IMG/VR virus record: IMGVR_UViG_3300029405_000048
Location: 1-6,458 of that record
Length of the DNA: 6,458 bases
DNA from: a virus
Direction: 5' to 3' (one strand)
Below the pieces are notes generated by a model. The model saw only the letters and a list, made by a program, of their open reading frames with translations. It was not told the origin of the DNA and ran no database searches. A program made the translations under genes and the position numbers. This document shows positions 1 through 3,530 of the stretch, in pieces; the first letter of the stretch is position 1, and every line of letters begins with the position of its first letter.

Positions 1-104
1 CCATTGTTCCACGTGAAACATTAAAGATTAATAAATTGTTTATATGCAGTAACACTCAATACATAAGATTTAGAGCGCCAAAATTGCAAACATTTACGCA
101 TATT
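1..104. repeat. Terminal direct repeat, copy 1 (identical to 6355..6458); overlap from linearising a circular genome
   Basis: Base-by-base comparison shows that 1..104 (ccattgttccacgtgaaacatt...cgcatatt) equals 6355..6458 exactly. The repeat runs to the window end, as expected for a circular contig with redundant ends. Unit length is 6354 nt. Confidence 0.95.
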
Positions 105-194
105 AGCAAGCGTATAATCTGCACGAGTTTCATAACGTTCACCGTTTCGGTCAACAATACGAATAATCCAATTATATACAACAGGCTTACTCAT
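21..194 (-). CDS. Hypothetical small protein, 57 aa (MSKPVVYNWIIRIVDRNGERYETRADYTLANMRKCLQFWRSKSYVLSVTAYKQFINL)
   Basis: Hand translation of the minus strand gives ATG at 194..192 and TAA at 23..21. The ORF is not in the supplied track because it is below the length cutoff. Its ATG lies inside the last codons of the upstream 58-aa ORF (CATGAGTAA, 8-nt overlap), which is typical translational coupling. It shares a strand with all other genes and fills an otherwise empty stretch of a compact genome. I recognise no family motif. Confidence 0.55.
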   Translation of the reverse strand: MSKPVVYNWIIRIVDRNGERYETRADYTLANMRKCLQFWRSKSYVLSVTAYKQFINL

Positions 195-363
195 GACGAT
201 ACATTTTTAATAAACGTTCAGGAAAAACACCAACAATAATTGCACCAGTTTTTAAGGCGAAAGCATCAGCGGTTTTTTCAGCATCACTAAGACAAGAAGC
301 TTCTACGAAAAAATGCTGATAATCTGAATCAGCGTAATAAAAAATTACAAATTTCTTTTTCAT
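187..363 (-). CDS. Hypothetical small protein, 58 aa (MKKKFVIFYYADSDYQHFFVEASCLSDAEKTADAFALKTGAIIVGVFPERLLKMYRHE)
   Basis: Hand translation gives ATG at 363..361 and TAA at 189..187. It is preceded by the only clear SD-like element in the genome (AAAGGATAGATCATG, AGGA 6 nt upstream of the ATG). It starts 32 nt downstream of the rep stop and is not in the supplied ORF track. I recognise no family motif. Confidence 0.6.
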   Translation of the reverse strand: MKKKFVIFYYADSDYQHFFVEASCLSDAEKTADAFALKTGAIIVGVFPERLLKMYRHE

Positions 364-395
364 GATCTATCCTTTTTTTAAATTACTCCATAAAA

Positions 396-1748
396 TTACA
401 TTTTTTCTCTCAATTCGGCAAGTTTTAGAGCATTTAATTTCCGGTATTTAACATCATTTATATTTATAGGTTGCATATAGGAAAATTTAGCATCTAGAGC
501 ACGCTGCCTTTTTTGTAGAATTTCATCACGAATTTCAAACCACGTTTCATCAATATTTTCAAGCATCAAAAATCGACACAGAGAGGCAATCTCGCATTCA
601 TTGGCAACATACCTATCATCGAGAGCCTGCCAAGGCATTTGCGAATAATAATCCATCTTTTTACCTATAGGATACTTACAAATTTTAGGGTTCAAAAATG
701 AATACTTGCGGAGTACCTTTTTTTCAATTTCAGAAAAGTGCAACTTATCAGTATAATTACCAACACAATGAAGGGTGTACCTTTCGGATATACAATCACA
801 CAGTTTCTTATAGGCGTCTCGAACTTCCTTAGACAATACACTTGAATTAGCAGGATAATATAACCGCTTAAAATATTCAGGCAACAAGACAGTAGTAGAC
901 ATACCAGAATAAGGGTCACAGACCGTAATATCCAAGCATTGAGGATTGGCGCGATAGAATGGCATCAAACGACGAGCATAGGCAGCGCCTATTCCTCCAT
1001 CTTTGCGAGAGGACAAAAAAAATACCTGATTCATATTAGCCGGAATCTTAGGGATTTTACTCATATATTTCATTACATAACCTATTGCACCTTTATCACA
1101 GGGGACAGCATAACAATAGCCAAGAGGTTCACCATTATAAGACCAAGCCTTTTCAATAAACTTCACAACGTTCCAAATATTAACTAATGCACCATCACGA
1201 GGGAAATTCCAGAAAATAGCATGATAGTGAGGACGACCAGACTTAGAACCGTATTCAGAGCAAAAAAAATAACGAATCTGGTGTTTATAACCAAGCCTAT
1301 CCAACCGAATACGGAGACGTTTCATGAATAATTGTACCTCTTCTTTGAATACACCATGCTTGGGAAGATGTTTGCTATTGTAGGTCAATGTAACGAAGAT
1401 AGGGATAGAGGTAGAGAATACATTCTCACAAGTAGCACGGAATGACCATTCACGTTTCTTTTTATCACGGCAGAGAATACACTTGCCACAAGGAACAGCC
1501 ATAAACATTGGAGAAATCTCTCCGGTTCTCTGATTGATGACCTGAAAATCATCAATGTTATCAAGAGTTACACCACACTTTCTAGCGGAAAATAACCACT
1601 CTGGAAAACGATATTTCCACGTATGACACTGCGAGGGAGTAAGCTCGGTTAAACCGTTAGGAGTCTTATAAGAACCAAACACGGGAAGCACATCCTTGAG
1701 ACGTGGGTGACGGATAATTACAGGGTGTTCACAATACAAATTATACAT
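396..1748 (-). CDS. Rolling-circle replication initiation protein (Microviridae VP4 / phiX174 gene A-like HUH endonuclease)
   Basis: Three HUH superfamily motifs occur in order. Motif 1 is FVTLTY (1380..1397). Motif 2 is HYH in RPHYHAIFW (1221..1229). Motif 3 is the double tyrosine YVMKY (1065..1079), the same YxxKY arrangement as phiX174 A protein YVAKY. There is also a Cys cluster CGKCILC (1470..1490) N-terminal to motif 1. The open frame runs to a GTG at 1778 (the track start, 460 aa). I prefer ATG 1748 (MYNLYCEHPVII..., 450 aa) because an ATG with an early Cys-x-x-Pro resembles other microvirus VP4 N-termini. The start remains uncertain by 30 nt. The stop is TAA at 396..398. Confidence 0.93.
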   Translation of the reverse strand: MYNLYCEHPVIIRHPRLKDVLPVFGSYKTPNGLTELTPSQCHTWKYRFPEWLFSARKCGVTLDNIDDFQVINQRTGEISPMFMAVPCGKCILCRDKKKREWSFRATCENVFSTSIPIFVTLTYNSKHLPKHGVFKEEVQLFMKRLRIRLDRLGYKHQIRYFFCSEYGSKSGRPHYHAIFWNFPRDGALVNIWNVVKFIEKAWSYNGEPLGYCYAVPCDKGAIGYVMKYMSKIPKIPANMNQVFFLSSRKDGGIGAAYARRLMPFYRANPQCLDITVCDPYSGMSTTVLLPEYFKRLYYPANSSVLSKEVRDAYKKLCDCISERYTLHCVGNYTDKLHFSEIEKKVLRKYSFLNPKICKYPIGKKMDYYSQMPWQALDDRYVANECEIASLCRFLMLENIDETWFEIRDEILQKRQRALDAKFSYMQPININDVKYRKLNALKLAELREKM

Positions 1749-1854
1749 ACTAAATCGTTTTAGGTCAAAACTACTCACGGGAGGAGTACTTTAAAGCAAA
1801 ACGCAACTGCAACAAAGTTGTTGATAATCAAACATGTGTCAGTTGCTTATACAT

Positions 1855-1863
1855 TATCAAGTT
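1855..1863 (-). other. Candidate viral-strand replication origin nick motif AACTTG/ATA (phiX174 ori-core-like)
   Basis: The minus-sense sequence is CCTGTATAACTTGATAATGTATAAGCAACTGACAC. Its AACTTGATA 9-mer is identical to the core of the phiX174 origin CAACTTG^ATATTAATAAC..., which is cut by gene A protein between G and A. The motif is on the coding/virion-sense strand, in the spacer just upstream of rep, and is flanked by direct TGTATAA repeats (+ strand ttataca at 1847..1853 and 1862..1868). A second copy of the motif inside VP1 (4372..4380) weakens uniqueness. Confidence 0.35.
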
Positions 1864-1871
1864 ATACAGGA

Positions 1872-1891
1872 ACGATTTTGGAATAAATCGT
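1872..1891 (-). other. AT-rich hairpin (7-bp stem ACGATTT/AAATCGT, 6-nt loop) immediately 3' of the VP2 terminator
   Basis: On the + strand, acgattt (1872..1878), tggaat and aaatcgt (1885..1891) form a perfect inverted repeat, read directly. Its function is unknown. It shares base 1891 with the end of the terminator T-tract context. Confidence 0.5.
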
Positions 1892-1916
1892 AAAAAGGGC
1901 AGGTAACAACCTGCCC
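1892..1916 (-). terminator. Rho-independent terminator-like hairpin after VP2
   Basis: The minus-sense sequence is TAA ATGTA GGGCAGG TTGTTA CCTGCCC TTTTT AC. It has a perfect 7-bp GC-rich stem (1897..1903 / 1910..1916), a 6-nt loop and a run of 5 T (1892..1896), and it begins 5 nt after the VP2 stop codon. Confidence 0.7.
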
Positions 1917-1921
1917 TACAT

Positions 1922-3028
1922 TTACCAGTTCGTACCCTGCGGATAGAACGGGTTACCACCGGAGACGGGAAGCGAACCAGAGGCAGCGCCTTTGAACGAT
2001 GATGTAAGAAGGAAGATAGACCTACAAAACTTCTCACACCAATCAACAGATTTCATAGTATCATCCCATTTTACAGATTGAGACAAATTGAATGATAATT
2101 GTCCGTTCTGTAAATAGATACCACGGAGATTACCGCGATTCATCCAGTCTTCAGTACGCATATTTACACGCTTTTGAGCCTCTGTAATAGCCTGTTGCGT
2201 CATGAGATTCATTTGCGTCTTTCCTAGAGCCATATCAAGCATTAACCGTTTTGTCATGGTAGAAGCTTGGGTATAATTCAGATTAGTCATGCTAGCGATT
2301 TGCTTAAGTTCCGCGACATTACGAGATTCACGAAACTTCAAATCAATCATTTTGCCTAATCTGTCGACCTTCAGATTAGCCCATGTTTCGCGGAGAACTT
2401 GCCATTGTTCAGCGAGGTTGTTACTCTGAAGTTTCAGATTTTCAAGGGTTTGAGCGAGAACTTTCTTATTTTGCTGATTGAGTTGCTTAACACTATCGTT
2501 CAGCTCAATAATACCTTTATTCATCTGAATCACCAGTTTGTTACCTTCTTCACGGGTAAGATTATCAATATCAATACCTTTCGTTTCAGAAGCGGTTTTT
2601 CCGGCTTCTTCATTGGTTTTGTCCGTCTGGGCTTGAGTCAAGGCTATATTTGCTTGGGCTTGCTCATTCTGCAGGGTTTCCGAAACTACCTGTCCTAAGG
2701 TTTTTTTTCCAGCAATCATCGAATAGTCAACAGGTTGACTAGCTTCACCGGAAGTCATGCCAGGACTCGCAGGGGCAATTCCGTTAACGTTTCCGTAGGC
2801 TAAATCAGGGTTCATTCCTGCCGCATCAAGGCGGGCGCGATACGCAGCAGGCGAATTATATTGGGCTTCACGCTCCCATTGTTCACGATTCCACTGATTT
2901 TGCATCTTTGCCAAATTTAGATTATAATCACGATTCGATTGTTGTTCCTGTTTGTTGGCAAAAATAGCGGCATTCGTGTTCCAATTTTGAGACATAGCGT
3001 CAATAGCCGCGCCAATAAGTCCGTACAT
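1922..3028 (-). CDS. Minor capsid / DNA pilot protein (Microviridae VP2, phiX174 H-analogue)
   Basis: The 368-aa ORF has a Q/N-rich N-terminus followed by YNSPAAYRARLDAAGMNPDLAY (2795..2860). This matches the (Y)N.P...R(L/M)..AG(L/M)NP.L signature I know from gokusho/alpavirus VP2 proteins. A long heptad-like helical central region (about aa 150-260, e.g. LNDSVKQLNQQNKKVLAQTLENLKLQSNNLAEQWQVL) fits a pilot/tube-forming protein. It sits after VP1 and before VP4. Its ATG overlaps the upstream stop as TAATG, and GGAG lies 4 nt upstream. Confidence 0.85.
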   Translation of the reverse strand: MYGLIGAAIDAMSQNWNTNAAIFANKQEQQSNRDYNLNLAKMQNQWNREQWEREAQYNSPAAYRARLDAAGMNPDLAYGNVNGIAPASPGMTSGEASQPVDYSMIAGKKTLGQVVSETLQNEQAQANIALTQAQTDKTNEEAGKTASETKGIDIDNLTREEGNKLVIQMNKGIIELNDSVKQLNQQNKKVLAQTLENLKLQSNNLAEQWQVLRETWANLKVDRLGKMIDLKFRESRNVAELKQIASMTNLNYTQASTMTKRLMLDMALGKTQMNLMTQQAITEAQKRVNMRTEDWMNRGNLRGIYLQNGQLSFNLSQSVKWDDTMKSVDWCEKFCRSIFLLTSSFKGAASGSLPVSGGNPFYPQGTNW

Positions 3029-3345
3029 TAGTCTCCAAATTTCTTGCGGTCGAGTTTATGAGCACGAATAATTTTACCTTGAGAATCGCGCTCTAATTCA
3101 AACATGGTACACATGTTAGCATCACGACGAAAAATAGGGTCTACAGACCAATCGTTAGAACGCTCGGCGTTCTGACCGTCTAAAAATTGCTTAGAATTCG
3201 GGAGCGAAACGGCTATACCTTTGTCCGTCAATTCTTTAACCTGCATCGGCGTTAGAGCCAAATCCGGTTTTGTTACAAGCATGTCATTTTTGCACAATTT
3301 GCAATTTACTGCATTGATTTGCGCGATTAATTTTCTTTTTGCCAT
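3028..3345 (-). CDS. Hypothetical protein, 105 aa, between VP1 and VP2 (scaffold-like role suggested by position only)
   Basis: The ORF starts at ATG 3345..3343 and ends at TAA 3030..3028, sharing one base with the VP2 ATG (TAATG), which implies coupled translation with VP2. It has a basic N-terminus (MAKRKLIAQ) and is on the same strand as all other genes. I cannot assign a family from the sequence alone. Confidence 0.65.
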   Translation of the reverse strand: MAKRKLIAQINAVNCKLCKNDMLVTKPDLALTPMQVKELTDKGIAVSLPNSKQFLDGQNAERSNDWSVDPIFRRDANMCTMFELERDSQGKIIRAHKLDRKKFGD

Positions 3346-3380
3346 AGCTAAAATTTTAAAGTATTATAATTTAGGCATGT

Positions 3381-3530
3381 GGGTCGCTACTACGTGCGAC
3401 ACGTACTCCGTAGGTGAGCGTCTCGCCGCTCAACCGCGAGAACCTGTCGTCAGGTTCATCACGGAAGAGTAGGGGGCGAGCATAGCTCGATTTTTGTCGC
3501 GCGTACGCGCGGAAGCACACGCACGCGCGT
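3381..3530. other. GC-rich, hairpin-dense non-coding spacer between VP1 and the 105-aa ORF (candidate ssDNA origin / structured element)
   Basis: I counted 93 G+C in 150 nt (62%), against a visibly AT-rich remainder. Perfect Watson-Crick stems are: 3383..3387/3396..3400; a 68-nt three-way junction at 3404..3471 (outer stem 3404..3411 with 3461..3471, inner hairpins 3415..3420/3427..3432 and 3440..3446/3451..3457); 3477..3481/3485..3489; and the 14-nt palindrome CGCGCGTACGCGCG at 3498..3511. No ORF longer than 17 codons begins here in the coding sense. Confidence 0.7.

Noticed and set aside
1848-1857. dif/XerCD-like half site: minus-sense ATAATGTATA equals 10 nt of E. coli dif (GGTGCGCATAATGTATATTATGTTAAAT)
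   Set aside because: This is tempting because Bacteroidota microvirus prophages have been proposed to use host Xer recombinases. Only the end of the XerC arm plus the central hexamer match. The XerD arm (TTATGTTAAAT) is absent (AGCAACTGACA here), and the outer XerC arm also differs. The stretch overlaps the phiX174-like nick motif, which explains it more economically. I also do not remember the Bacteroidota dif consensus well enough to test against it.
3363-3368. Sigma70-type -10 hexamer TATAAT (minus sense) 17 nt upstream of the 105-aa ORF ATG, as a promoter after the GC-rich spacer
   Set aside because: No acceptable -35 element (TTGACA-like) lies at 16-18 nt spacing; the candidates are AGTAGC and GTAGCG. 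The likely host group uses a different consensus (TAnnTTTG at -7), which is not cleanly present. In AT-rich DNA a lone TATAAT is weak evidence.
3404-3471. Possible tRNA or tRNA-like gene in the GC-rich spacer
   Set aside because: The fold has only three helices (outer stem plus two hairpins), no GTTCRANYC-type T-loop, no D-loop signature and no 7-nt anticodon loop (the loops are 6 and 4 nt). It is treated as a generic structured element instead.
3477-3495. Plus-strand terminator-like element CGAGC-ATA-GCTCG followed by TTTTT
   Set aside because: There are no credible plus-strand genes to terminate. The stem is only 5 bp with a 3-nt loop. It is more likely just one of the hairpins of the structured spacer.
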